A program made the position numbers and the translations under genes. Shown here in pieces: positions 13,092 through 24,757 of a DNA stretch of 45,894 nucleotides. The stretch lies in NCBI RefSeq assembly GCF_001194135.2, contig NC_068983.1, positions 81,395,938-81,441,831 of the forward strand. Direction: 5' to 3'. Each line of letters starts with the position of its first letter. Position 1 is the stretch's first letter. The DNA is from Octopus bimaculoides (taxonomy: Eukaryota). The notes beneath the pieces were generated by a model. The model was not told the origin of the DNA, did no database searches, and saw nothing but the letters and a program-made list of their open reading frames with translations.

Positions 13092-13785
13092 TCAAGCAAC
13101 GATGTTTTATGATTTTGGTACATGCTTACAAATTTGCTTACAAATTTAAATTCGGGAGGAAAATATAGTCAATTAAATCGGCCTAATATTTTACTAGTAT
13201 TTTGTTTTATCGAACCCAGAGAGATACAAGTCAAAGCTGACATAGACAGGTTTTGAAAAGATAACATAAATGGAGGTAATTAAATTCTACAAGTCAATTT
13301 CGTCCAAGGTTCCAACGAAGTAGGCTATTCTGTTTCTGATGTTGGCACAATGTGTGAGGAGAAAGTATAGTTACGGACACTTGTACTCGACTAAAATCTA
13401 TTTTATCAACCCATACTAAGCTGACGCCGGTGAGATTTGAAGTTTACTAGTGAAAGAACGTAACGAAAAAATTTAACATTTGACTGCCGCTCTGCTTACT
13501 AGAATCTGTAGAGCGCCTCACAAAATATCTAAAATATCTGCGATATGAAGTTACTTTATTTTATGAGCGCTTTTTGGATACTGCCGACTTTGCCTTTCAG
13601 CTTTCAGGATCGATAAAAAGAAATAGCACTTAAGCACTGGAGCCGATTCCTAATATGTATTTAAGATGTGAAAGGAATTATTGAAATTGTGCCACTCTAA
13701 TAATTAAACCAGTTACAGATATCGTACTCCCGCATTCAACAAGTGCCAACCAAACAGACGGATCGATAAAAGTGTAGTAACACAA

Positions 13786-13934
13786 GGATCTTTTTGGTTT
13801 GACGGGCAACATTCTTTTATGTAGTGTTTTTGGTACCGAAACACTTGCAAACTTCGAATACTTGTTTCCAGTATCCCAAGTTTGAAAGTGTTTCGTTAAG
13901 AAAACAAGTGTTGGCCGTTGAACCAAAAAGATCC
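13786..13934. mobile_element. MITE-like foldback element
   Basis: Terminal IR ggatctttttggtttgacgggcaac / gttggccgttgaaccaaaaagatcc, plus internal IR gaaacacttgcaaactt / aagtttgaaagtgtttc. Confidence 0.55.
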
Positions 13935-14071
13935 GTAACACCAATGGCCATATCTTACTGGCTAAAACAAGAAAAAGATTAAAGATGATCGATAGAAGAT
14001 ATGTAGGGATAAACATTGATATATGTCCCTCCCCTCTCTCTCTCACACACACATATATATATATATATATT

Positions 14072-14286
14072 CTTTTATTCTTTTTATTTGTTGCAGTCAT
14101 TTGACTGCAACCATGCTGGAGCACCGCTTTCAGTCGAGCAAATCGATCCCAGTTCTTATTCTTTGTAAGCCTAATACTTATTCTATCGATCTCTTTTGCC
14201 AAACCGTTAAGTTACGGGGACACAAACACACCAGCATCGGTTGTCAAGCCATGTTGGGGGACAAACACAGACACACAAACATATAC

Positions 14287-14330
<44 letters not shown>

Positions 14331-14493
14331 TATACGATGGGCTTCTTTGGGTTTCCGTCTACCAAATCCACTCACAAGGCTTTGGTTGGTCTGAGGCTAT
14401 AGTAGAAGACACTTGCCCAAGATGCCACACAGTGGGACTGAACCCGGAATCATGTGGTTGGTAAACAAGCCACTTACCACACAGCCACTCCTG
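14072..14493 (-). mobile_element. tRNA-derived SINE, family B (CORE-like motif, internal microsatellite)
   Basis: Minus strand: caggagtggctgtgtggtaag ... gggttcagtcccactgtgtggcatcttgggcaagtgtcttc ... ggtgctccagcatgg-tgcagtc tail. The cttgggcaagt motif resembles the SINE CORE domain. Confidence 0.9.
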
Positions 14494-14541
<48 letters not shown>

Positions 14542-14649
14542 ACATACACACACCATATATATATATATATATACACACCATATATATATATATATATGTA
14601 CACACCACACACATTCACATATAAATCATGTGTATGCATATATGTGCGT

Positions 14650-14702
<53 letters not shown>

Positions 14703-14761
14703 GATAAGTATATACATATATAAATATTTGGCATGGCTTTTACAACTGATGTCCTTCCTGG

Positions 14762-14906
14762 TTAATGTAAAAGGAGGGCATCCAACCACAGTAACCATGC
14801 CAAACGAGATCAGAGCATATCACAGGCCTTTGGCTTTTTAGATCCTGTCAAACTGTCTAACCTATGCTACCCAGAAAAACGGAAGTATGATGATGATGAT
14901 GATGAT
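14762..14906 (-). mobile_element. repeat family D fragment ((GAT)n-ended, likely LINE-tail-derived)
   Basis: Shares the ggctggatgccct..c / catgg...gatgatgat motifs with 24308, 25614, 28010 and 31335. Confidence 0.6.
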
Positions 14907-15314
14907 ATATTTATATACATTATACCATTTATCTGTTGATAAAATCAGCAAAAACATAAGCACTCGATTCAATGAGATAAATATCATTTAATGAATATTG
15001 GAGTTATACGTGGACTACTTCAAGTTTCATGCTTCAATACTGCAGTAACTGGACAGATTTGTATACTGTACCATGCATGTTAAAAAAAAACAAACAATTC
15101 TATGGGAAGGGAGACAATTCCTGTCATTTAAGTACTTTTGAAAAGTTAAGTTGTTAAAACTGAGTGTTTAATGTGTTTTAATCTGTAATGTAAAAAGTTA
15201 AGACAGGGAGGAGAAGGCTAAAACAATAAACTGTGTGTCTGATCCAATGAAAATGATGATTTCCAGTTCAAAAACAGAAACTTGTCGACATGCATACATC
15301 GTGTAAAGATTTTG

Positions 15315-15410
15315 GACCTCAAGTTTAGCAAGTCAGTACAGTTCTTCGATCGAACAAAGATATGTGATTCTTAGATTGAAGAACTGCACTGACCTTCTAG
15401 ACTTAAGGTT
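15315..15410. ncRNA. candidate pri-miRNA-like hairpin (strand unknown)
   Basis: 15332-15351 pairs with 15374-15393 (18 Watson-Crick, 1 wobble, 1 mismatch) around a 22-nt loop region. An imperfect basal stem extends about 17 more positions. I did not see a similar sequence elsewhere in the window. Confidence 0.45.
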
Positions 15411-16072
15411 GAATTCTTTACAGGTTGTATGCAATTCGACAACTTTCTGTTAATGAATTGGAAGCTACTCACTCCAGCAGACACACAAGTTAATGCACTT
15501 TACACTTCCTCTATTCGATTACTCCCAATATGTATAACATTTTAGATGCCAACACTTAGTTAAAACACATTAATCACAAAAAATTGACAGTGTTCTTCAT
15601 TCACAAGATTACAAGGACATAACCTAGAATCCTTATGGAATAGCCATGTTATTTCAGGCTGAACAGTTGCTAGAGTGTACACAGCATGATATACAAGCCC
15701 ATCCAAGTACCTCACTATCCGTGCATGAAATTTTAAGTAGCTCATGTATAAAACCTGTATTCATTAAGTTACACACACACACACACACACAAAATGTACA
15801 GGCACAAGTACATATGCTAATACATAACATGCCTTCTACTATATACATAATATGCATACACATATATTTGAGAGTGTGCGTGTATATTACATACAAGTTA
15901 TGAGTGGTTAAGAAGTTTACTTTCCGAACACTTGATTTTAGGTTCAGTACCATAGTCTACCATAGTTATACTACACACCCGGGTACAACAAGACCCTGAG
16001 AGTGAATTTCTTAGACAGAAACTGAAAAGAAGCCCATGGGGTATGTATGAGCGTGTGAGCATGTATATATAT

Positions 16073-16172
16073 NNNNNNNNNNNNNNNNNNNNNNNNNNNN
16101 NNNNNNNNNNNNNNNNNNNNNNNNNNNNNNNNNNNNNNNNNNNNNNNNNNNNNNNNNNNNNNNNNNNNNNNN
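16073..16172. other. assembly gap
   Basis: N run. Other gaps: 16686-16728, 21692-21776, 31087-31096, 35069-35078, 37558-37724, 44465-44474. Confidence 1.
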
Positions 16173-16628
16173 TATATATGCATTGACAGATAAATTAAAG
16201 GATACATATATAGACAGAGAGATAAATAGGTAGATAGAGAGATATGGAGTGAGAGAGAGAGAGAGAGAAAGAGAGAAGAGAGAGACAGAGAGACAAACTG
16301 ATATACCTATATGTAGACAGCATGACAATTGCAACAATATGCATCAACACTTGCAGCTCACTCATGTAAGCATAGAAAAGTGCATGTTAAAATGATGAAG
16401 ATAACAATGAAACTAAAAATATATTTGTGCAAATATACACACACACATACAACATACACATAAATGCATAGATATAACTATAAACCATATACATAAGTAT
16501 ACATGTATAAACACACACATACACAATTATTTGCATGAGCGTGTGTAAACGTTTAATATATATATACACATATACAACTTTATAAGTATACATATGCATA
16601 TATGTGAATATATGTATGTATGTATGTA

Positions 16629-16685
<57 letters not shown>

Positions 16686-16728
16686 NNNNNNNNNNNNNNN
16701 NNNNNNNNNNNNNNNNNNNNNNNNNNNN

Positions 16729-16784
<56 letters not shown>

Positions 16785-16859
16785 GAATATATATATGAAT
16801 ATATATATGAAAAAACATATACATATAATTATATGATTATATATAAAAGTATACACATA

Positions 16860-16901
<42 letters not shown>

Positions 16902-17266
16902 AACATATAGATATATACATATAGATATATACAAATATTTACATACACTTATATATGTATATATTAATTTATTATTCTTTTATTCCTTTACTGGTTTCAA
17001 ACTGATGCTAGGGTTATGCTGGAGCACCACCTTTCAGTGTTTTGGGGTCTCCTTTTGGTACTGTTTTTTGGTGAAGAAGCAAGATGGATAAAGCTGTCCT
17101 TCTTTGTATATATATATACACACACACATACATAATACATACATACATATATGAGTATATACTATATGTACAGAAAATACATTAAATATATACACATATA
17201 CCTATAAACAGCAGTGCCTCAATATAGTTGAAGCTCTGAAGCTGAAACTAGTAAACGAGTAAAAGA

Positions 17267-17313
<47 letters not shown>

Positions 17314-17504
17314 CACACACACACACATATATATACATACATATAGACACATAAATACATATATATATATATATGCACCCATTAATGCACATCTGTATGT
17401 GCATACATATATATATACATATATATACACACGCACACATAAAAAAAAATTTATATTTATATGCATATATAAATATATATACACACATGAATATGTGTGT
17501 GACA

Positions 17505-17824
17505 TCATGTAGCTTGGTGGTTAGAGTATTCGGCTCATGATCATGAGGTCACCAGTTCAATTCCTGGTGGGGTGTTGTGTTTGTCACAAAGATTACTTTA
17601 TTTTACGTAACTCGAGTTCACTCAGCAGGCAAAACTGAGTTGTACCTGTAAATTAAAAGGGCTTGCCTTGTGACATCCTGTGTTGTGCTGAATCTCCCTG
17701 AAAAATAAATTAAGGTTACACATGCCTGTGAAATGCTCAGTCACATGCATGTTAAGTTCATGAGCAGGCTCTTCCATAGATTGAATTGATTGGAACACTT
17801 GTAGTTGTCACCTATGAAATACCC
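17505..17824 (+). mobile_element. family C SINE, diverged and CpG-depleted
   Basis: tggtggttagag ... agttcaattcct head; body gccttgtgacatcctgtgttgtgctgaatctccc aligns to family C. Confidence 0.75.
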
Positions 17825-17849
17825 TTATCTGCATATATTTATATGTATG

Positions 17850-17883
<34 letters not shown>

Positions 17884-17970
17884 CTTATACATGTGCACAT
17901 TTATAAACTGATATATATCCATATTCTTCTCTCTCAGTTTCTCTCACTCTCTCTCCATATATATATATAT

Positions 17971-18014
17971 GCGTGTGTGTAAACAAATATACATCTGTAT
18001 GACTGTACAAACAA

Positions 18015-18046
<32 letters not shown>

Positions 18047-18092
18047 GCGTGTGTGTAAACAAATATACATTTGTATGACTGTACAAACAAAT

Positions 18093-18116
<24 letters not shown>
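17971..18116. repeat. local tandem duplication, period about 76 bp, 2 copies
   Basis: gcgtgtgtgtaaacaaatatacat(c/t)tgtatgactgtacaaacaaa at 17971 and 18047. Confidence 0.9.
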
Positions 18117-18124
<8 letters not shown>

Positions 18125-18424
18125 GTGCGTGTATATTTGTGTACGTATGTGTGTATATATATACACGTATGCACATATATATATGTATGTACATATACTT
18201 ATCTATACATATATATAGACACACACATGTGTATTTAAATATGTATTGATACATACATATACACATATATTACATACCCACAGATATATAAATATATGTA
18301 TATAGATATATATATATATATAAAGCCTGGTGCAATGTAGAGTTTACAATTTAAAGGAAACATCCACTGGTAGCTAAATGTTGCTTAAGTGTACCAGGAT
18401 TCTCCTTATATATGTGTATATATA

Positions 18425-18602
18425 TATTCTTTTACACATTTCAGCCATCTGACTGCGACCATGCTGGAGCACTGCCTTATTCTATGCCTCGTACTTATTC
18501 TATCAGTGTCTTTTGTTGAATTGCTAAGTTATGGGGGTATAAACACACCAACATCGATTGTCAAGTGATGGTTGAGGGACAAACAATCTCAAAGATATGC
18601 AC

Positions 18603-18649
<47 letters not shown>

Positions 18650-19003
18650 CAATGATCTTTCAGTTTCTTATTTCTGTATTGCCCACAAGGGGCTAAACAT
18701 AGAGGGGACAAACAAGGACAGACAAAGGGATTAAATTGATTACATCGACGCCACTGTGTAACTGGTACTTAATTTATTGACCCCAAAAGATGAAAGGCAA
18801 ATCGACCTCAGAGGAATTTGAACTCAGAATGTAATGGCAGACGCTCGCCGCCTTCATTCAGTTTCTGCCTACCAAACCCACTCACAAGGCTTTGGTTGGC
18901 CTAAGGATATAGCAGAAAACACTTGCCCAAGGTGCCACGTAGTGGGACTGAACCTGGAACCATGTGGTCATGAAGCAAGCTTCTTACCACACAGCCATGC
19001 CTG
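18425..19003 (-). mobile_element. family B SINE interrupted by a nested family A-variant SINE (18669-18856)
   Basis: B tail at 18425-18660 and B head at 18857-19003. The insert is flanked by the direct repeat ttcagtttct (18659-18668 and 18857-18866). Confidence 0.8.
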
Positions 19004-19006
19004 CAC

Positions 19007-19040
<34 letters not shown>

Positions 19041-19339
19041 ATACTTATTTATACTTGTAGAGTCACTTAGTTTTGCCCAACTGGCAGTATATTTAATTTT
19101 TTTCTCTTGAACTTAAATTTTACAATAACTTGTAACAAGTGACTGTGTGGCGCTTTTTGAATATATTTATTTTTCAGCATATTTTTATTATTGTAATACA
19201 TTTACATTTCCAAATGTCAGTTTTTGCCACTTTCTTTGGTGCCTGAATCTTTAGATGCTGCATTTATTTATAATTCTAACTTTGTGCATTTAGAAAAATA
19301 TTATGATTATGTTTTACTTCCTGTGTTTTATTGTTATTC

Positions 19340-21000
19340 TTAGGTGATCTGCAACATATGAATCAGGATGAATTCTAATAAAAAAGTGCTTTATTCTGCA
19401 GGAGATCTGCTTTACACAGCATTACAGTTCTAAAGATGGCTGCTCTAATGTAAAGATGTCTGCTTGGCCCAACATTTGAATATGGAACTTATAGCTAACT
19501 ATGAAAGAAACATTAACTTGTCAGTTCAACTCCAACAAACCCAAGTGTTCCTGAAACCTGTTGATTTTCATAAAATAAGGCAGTTTTACTGGAAACTGGA
19601 AGCGCTTGTACTGAAATCGTATATTTGATGGGATGAGAGGCTGGCAAGGAATGACAACATTATATCTCTTGATACAGTTAGTCATAATGGTGGTTTTGAT
19701 CACATGGGAGATAAGAGTTCTGACAACAAGCCAAGTACAGTTGTAGAGTTTTCGCTGCATCTAAATTTCGTAGTAACATAATAGCTGTTCCTACTTTCAG
19801 TTGCAAATTTTGAGGAAGAAATCCAGTGGGTTGAAGAAACTCTGTTGCTTAGTTGTCAGCATAGTTATCTTTAACTACAGTATAAGTTGACTTGTAAGAT
19901 CTAGATTGTTCTGGTACTTGTTAAATAATGGTAGCACTATTAGCTAACAATGTCACAGTATCGTATGCTTTGTATAATTCAACAAGAGGTTAGAAAAACT
20001 TTTAATAGCATTTCTTGAGATGTGATGATCCTTACAGAATTTTGTTTTTTTATTTTGAAATCTCCACACTCAACATGAACTAATAGCTGAACATTCTTGC
20101 AACAGAAGTAAAACTTCAGCAAACTGTGCATGCTTCTGAGATGTTTCAATTGCAAATCTCATGAGATTTTACCTCTTGTCTTCAAATTTACTTTTCTTTG
20201 AGGCATGCTCTCAAATCACCAATAATCATCCTTTGAGATAACTGGCAGAGTTGTAGACTTTACCTGAGATCACTAGTGAGCAAGAGTAACCTCATCTTTG
20301 GTGTGAGCTCTTGCAAATTGTGATAAGAATTCAAAATGAAAGTTTGTAAGACATTCCGTACTTATACATTGTGCTTGATATACCTCAGAATCTCAACCTG
20401 TCTAGATCCTTTACCAAAATGATGCACATGACTATAATAGTGTACAATGCTATGGTGATAGCTTAAAAGTAATATGAACAGTCCTACTACCTCTGAGAAA
20501 ATCTGTATAAATTCCAGGTGAGGTCACTATACAACAGGTATCAGCTTCTCTGATTTAACTTTTGTCAAAATTAGTTTGATCAAAAGAGTTTTGTCTTTGC
20601 TGCTAGTAACACCAAGGAAAATTACTATCTTGAGTTAGGTGTCATCACTTGTTTGGACAAGCATTGTTTCTTAACTGTAATGCAGAGCAATTCATTACAG
20701 TGGACATAATGTCCAATACATGAATGTCAAAGCTGATTACCTGAAGCATCTTTCAGTTGAGAGTTGTTACAGTTGCAGTTCATACTGGAGATGGCAGTCT
20801 ACACTGTTCAAGCACATTATCAGGGATGGACTACTCAGAACTTTCAATGGGATTTAGTGCCACATTGTACAAAGCAGATATAAACTTTAAACACGGGCTC
20901 TTGATACTTGTGCTTCATACTTTATGGTTTCTATCATGCTCTCTTAGTGATTATGCCAAAATTGCTGACGATTAGACGGTGAACAAGTACAGAAAATGAT
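19340..21000 (-). pseudogene. decayed Helitron PIF1-family helicase domain
   Basis: Minus-strand fragments in the expected order: FLGVTSSKDKTLLIKLILTKVKS (degenerate FLDAPGGTGKTFLINLIL, Walker A), GIYTDFLRGSRTVHITFKL (GGRTAHS.FKL), LLLTSDLR*SL (LLAGDFRQTL), IPCQPLIPSNIRFQYKRFQFPVKLPYFMKIN (RLQFPVRLAFAMTINKSQG). Many stops and frameshifts. Confidence 0.85.
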
Positions 21001-21918
21001 GGTGAAGAAGGTTCTTATCTTGCCAGTAGAATAGAAGACTGAAGTTCTTCCAAGGTACTGTTTGAGTATGCAGTGTTTTCAAAAATTTCTGGTAAACTAT
21101 GTGGTATGTTATGCATACATCAAGCAACACATTTAAGTTCCTGGAACTAGATTGGACAGTAAATATTTTGCAGGTGTTGTTGGAGATTTAGATATGTTGT
21201 TAAAATTCTTCATTTAAAAATCATATATTTAAAATTTAGCACATGGATTAATATTATGGTAGCTACAAAATAATTTCTTCTTTCATTGTTTTACATCTTG
21301 ATACATATGTATTGGTACCAAATCAGGAGACAATTGTATTTCACACAGGATATATAGATGGTGTATATTAGAAAGTTGTTGTTATTGAAATTTCTCATGT
21401 AAGAAAATCATATCTTCAAAAAGTTAGTATTGTTTCACATTTAAATTTGTTTATACTTCTAAAATATTTAGGTATTATGTACAGAGAATTGGACTGTAAC
21501 TTTTTATAATATTTCAAATAAATGTAAGCTTAAAAAGAAATTAACTTCAATTTATAGAGCAGAAGTCCAGAATATATTGGAAATATAAAACAAAGTGAAA
21601 TGTGAAGCAATGAAATGATAATTTTCTGTCTCCATGCTATTTGAAACTGTACAAAGAGTTACATATATATATATTGTATACAAACAGTTTTNNNNNNNNN
21701 NNNNNNNNNNNNNNNNNNNNNNNNNNNNNNNNNNNNNNNNNNNNNNNNNNNNNNNNNNNNNNNNNNNNNNNNNNNNTATATATATAAATAGGGGAGAATA
21801 TACAAAAAATAACAACAGACGAGGACAGGTGGTGTAAATAACATATAAATATATATATATTTATATACACACACATACACACATAGACATTTATACACAC
21901 ACATGTGCATGCAAGCAT

Positions 21919-21970
<52 letters not shown>

Positions 21971-22269
21971 GTATATATTACCACAGACTAGAAATTTTAA
22001 CTACTTCGTGATAAGTAGGCAATTAAAAGAAATTAAATTTGTGTATTCTGTTCATATTTTACCTTATTCGTTAATTTCAAATTCAAATTTCTAACCCCAT
22101 CCATTATGAAGAAATTATTATCTCTCTTGTACTATGAGGCCACTAGGGGCACTACATGTTATATATACATAGACATGAATACACATATAAACACACACAC
22201 ATAAATAAATATGTACATATATATGTATGTATGCAATATATAGTCCTTCCTCAGACACTGTCCTCACAC

Positions 22270-22640
22270 AACTGGGTCATTAGTTAGGTCCACAGAAAGA
22301 CTTGAACCTCTGACATCAAGGCAAAACTGTCCCTGCTAAAAGTTTCATGAGGAGAGCTTGTTCTCACTGAACTGGATAGATCCTGAGGAGCATACCTCAA
22401 ACAAATTAACCTATGATCTCAAAGGCTGAACTTGCAAAATAGAGTCACACCTGATGGAGTGGCTAAGAAAGTGCAGCTGAAGTAACACCTGGGCTGATGG
22501 CTTTCCATTACAGTATTGTTATGTGATCTGGGATTTCACATTTCAGATGTATTGCAAGAGGATTTTTTTGTGACATGGGTCACTTCCTGGCAAGTTGGGA
22601 TTCACTGTTATCAAAACCCTACCATTTGCAGGCTTTCATT
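22270..22640 (-). mobile_element. possible RTE-clade LINE 3' remnant
   Basis: Minus strand gives QLHFLSHSIRCD and a DHIT.. segment, resembling the RTE C-terminal W.DHI.N / R.LRF.GH..R motifs. Heavily decayed. Confidence 0.35.
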
Positions 22641-22858
22641 GATCTTTTCTCATGCACTTCATTCAGAGAAAGAAATACTCAGGAATAACTGACAACAACG
22701 ATACATATTATATATATACATCCATATGTATGTATGTATATATATTATATATAATAAATATGATATATATTAAATATAAAATATATTATATATACTATAT
22801 ATATTGTATGTATTATATATGTACACAGACACACGCATATATACATATGTGTGTATGT

Positions 22859-22901
<43 letters not shown>

Positions 22902-23055
22902 TTGCAAGATTTTTGATGTGAAATCGTGTGTTGAAACAGATGTTGTTGTACTTGGGGATGGTCATATTGCCAGTTTAGCCAATAAAAACACACGCACTGT
23001 ATATTTGGTGTTAATTTGCTTCAGCTTTATATTACATTAATCTTAATCTTATTTC

Positions 23056-23100
23056 GGCCAGAGTTCTTTCGTCACACTTCTGTGACCTCATCAGTGGTCC
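23056..23100 (-). ncRNA. minimal type I hammerhead ribozyme motif (mirror copy)
   Basis: Exact reverse complement of 23193-23237. Confidence 0.75.
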
Positions 23101-23192
23101 TTTGTTTCCTTCCTTCTTATGTGTGTCTCACCATGCTAACTATCAGCTGATAGTTAGCATGGTGAGACACACATAAGAAGGAAGGAAACAAA

Positions 23193-23237
23193 GGACCACT
23201 GATGAGGTCACAGAAGTGTGACGAAAGAACTCTGGCC
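23193..23237 (+). ncRNA. minimal type I hammerhead ribozyme motif
   Basis: ggacca-CTGATGA-g-GTCACA(gaag)TGTGAC-GAAA-gaacTC-tggcc. Conserved CUGAUGA and GAAA cores, 6-bp stem II, 2-bp stem III, UC cleavage site, short stem I. Confidence 0.75.
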
Positions 23238-23912
23238 GAAATAAGATTAAGATTAATGTAATATAAAGCTGAAGCAAATTAACACCAAATATACAGTGCG
23301 TGTGTTTTTATTGGCTAAACTGGCAATATGACCATCCCCAAGTATAACAACATATATATATACATATATATAGTTTTAGGGAAAAGAACCAAGGTTCATG
23401 AACTCATCGATATGAAACTTAATTTAATTTTAATTTTTAATAAATTTGTTTTTAATTGAGTTTTTACCTGTCATTTTGGATTTTTATCCCTAATATTATA
23501 TATATATACTTGTATGCATATATACTTGTATGCATATAAATATGTATATACATATAGATAGATAGATGTACATACATGTATATATCTGTATATATGTATG
23601 TACACATATATACGTGTGTTTGTGTGTGTGTGTGTGTGTGTGTAGTGAAGGAAAATAGAAATTAAAGAAATCCAGGCAAATACTCTGTTGGAACTCCATG
23701 CAATGAAGCTGGCCAACAGAATGTCCAGTAAAGAGCATAGTAAGCCACAGGGTAAACACACGAGGTAACCCATACAAAATGTAAATCTGAGGTTATTCCC
23801 TGATTGAAAGGCTGATACATTAACCACAGAGTATAAGACCACTTTACAGTAGACAAGAAAGTAAATAAAGGTTTCAGATAGTAGTACTCTTCTCTAAGCT
23901 ATGTTTTCACAG

Positions 23913-23987
23913 ATTAACATTTATCCAGCACAAGATGATATGTTGACCTCCCAGGATTGTGAATTTGGCAAGTATTATATAGACAGG
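23913..23987 (+). CDS. candidate 75-nt phase 0-0 coding exon (INIYPAQDDMLTSQDCEFGKYYIDR), unknown product
   Basis: Acceptor atgttttcacAG, donor AGG|GTAGGT. Only frame 0 is open. No recognised homology. Confidence 0.3.
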
Positions 23988-24307
23988 GTAGGTGATTTGA
24001 TATGTCTGTTATCAACAATCCTGTATCTGTAAGAATTAAGTGTTTTTTTTGTAGCCGATTTCGAAAATCTACCATAATAACGTATAAAGGGTTGAAGAGA
24101 ATGATTAGGAGTCAACTAATCCATTAATTGATTGATTATTAAGCTTACAAGCCACTGTATGGCATGGAAACAGTTCCTAAACCTTTTCGAAACATTTGCA
24201 AATGAATAAAGTTTTGAAAGAAGATAATTCTTCATTTTTTTTCACCCCAGCATGGCCTAAGTCTAATGACTGAAACAAGTAAAAGAATTAAAATATATAT
24301 ATATATA

Positions 24308-24465
24308 TCATCATTATCATCATCATTTGATGTCCGTTTTCTATGCAGTCATGGGTTGGATGGTTTGATAGGAGCTGGCCAGTTGGAAAACTGCACCAGA
24401 GTCCAATTTTCTATTTTGACAAAGTTTCTATGGCTGGATGCACTTCATAATGCCAACCACCATGC
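24308..24465 (+). mobile_element. repeat family D fragment
   Basis: (CAT)n start, gtccgttttc-atgc..catgggttggatgg ... tatggctggatgc ... aatgccaacc. Confidence 0.7.
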
Positions 24466-24677
24466 TGCATCTGCATCTCTCTGTAAAATCTGTTTTCCCT
24501 TTCTCACTCTATCTTCTTGCCTGTCAGGTTTACTCTTCTCTAGCAGAAATCAGTTGCAGTCTGACCTGGTGAAGGATTGTCACTTCCAGCTTTAAAACTG
24601 CCTCAGATACACCATGTGTTGAGACAGCATCTCCATAACTCCCTGGGGTACTAAAGCAAGCCATATATTAGTACATA

Positions 24678-24714
<37 letters not shown>

Positions 24715-24757
24715 TATTTTACATATATATATATATATGTCTATATATATATATATA

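Larger units (their letters stand above)
22897..23353. mobile_element. Penelope-like element terminal-repeat fragment arranged as a head-to-head palindrome within (TA)n
   Basis: 22940-23146 is the reverse complement of 23147-23353 with one mismatch and no spacer. Each arm contains a hammerhead motif. The left arm continues about 43 bp further. Confidence 0.7.

Noticed and set aside
15424-15760. Two further acceptor-led open frames (after 15423 and 15657)
   Set aside because: No convincing donor and no recognisable protein similarity; such frames are expected by chance.
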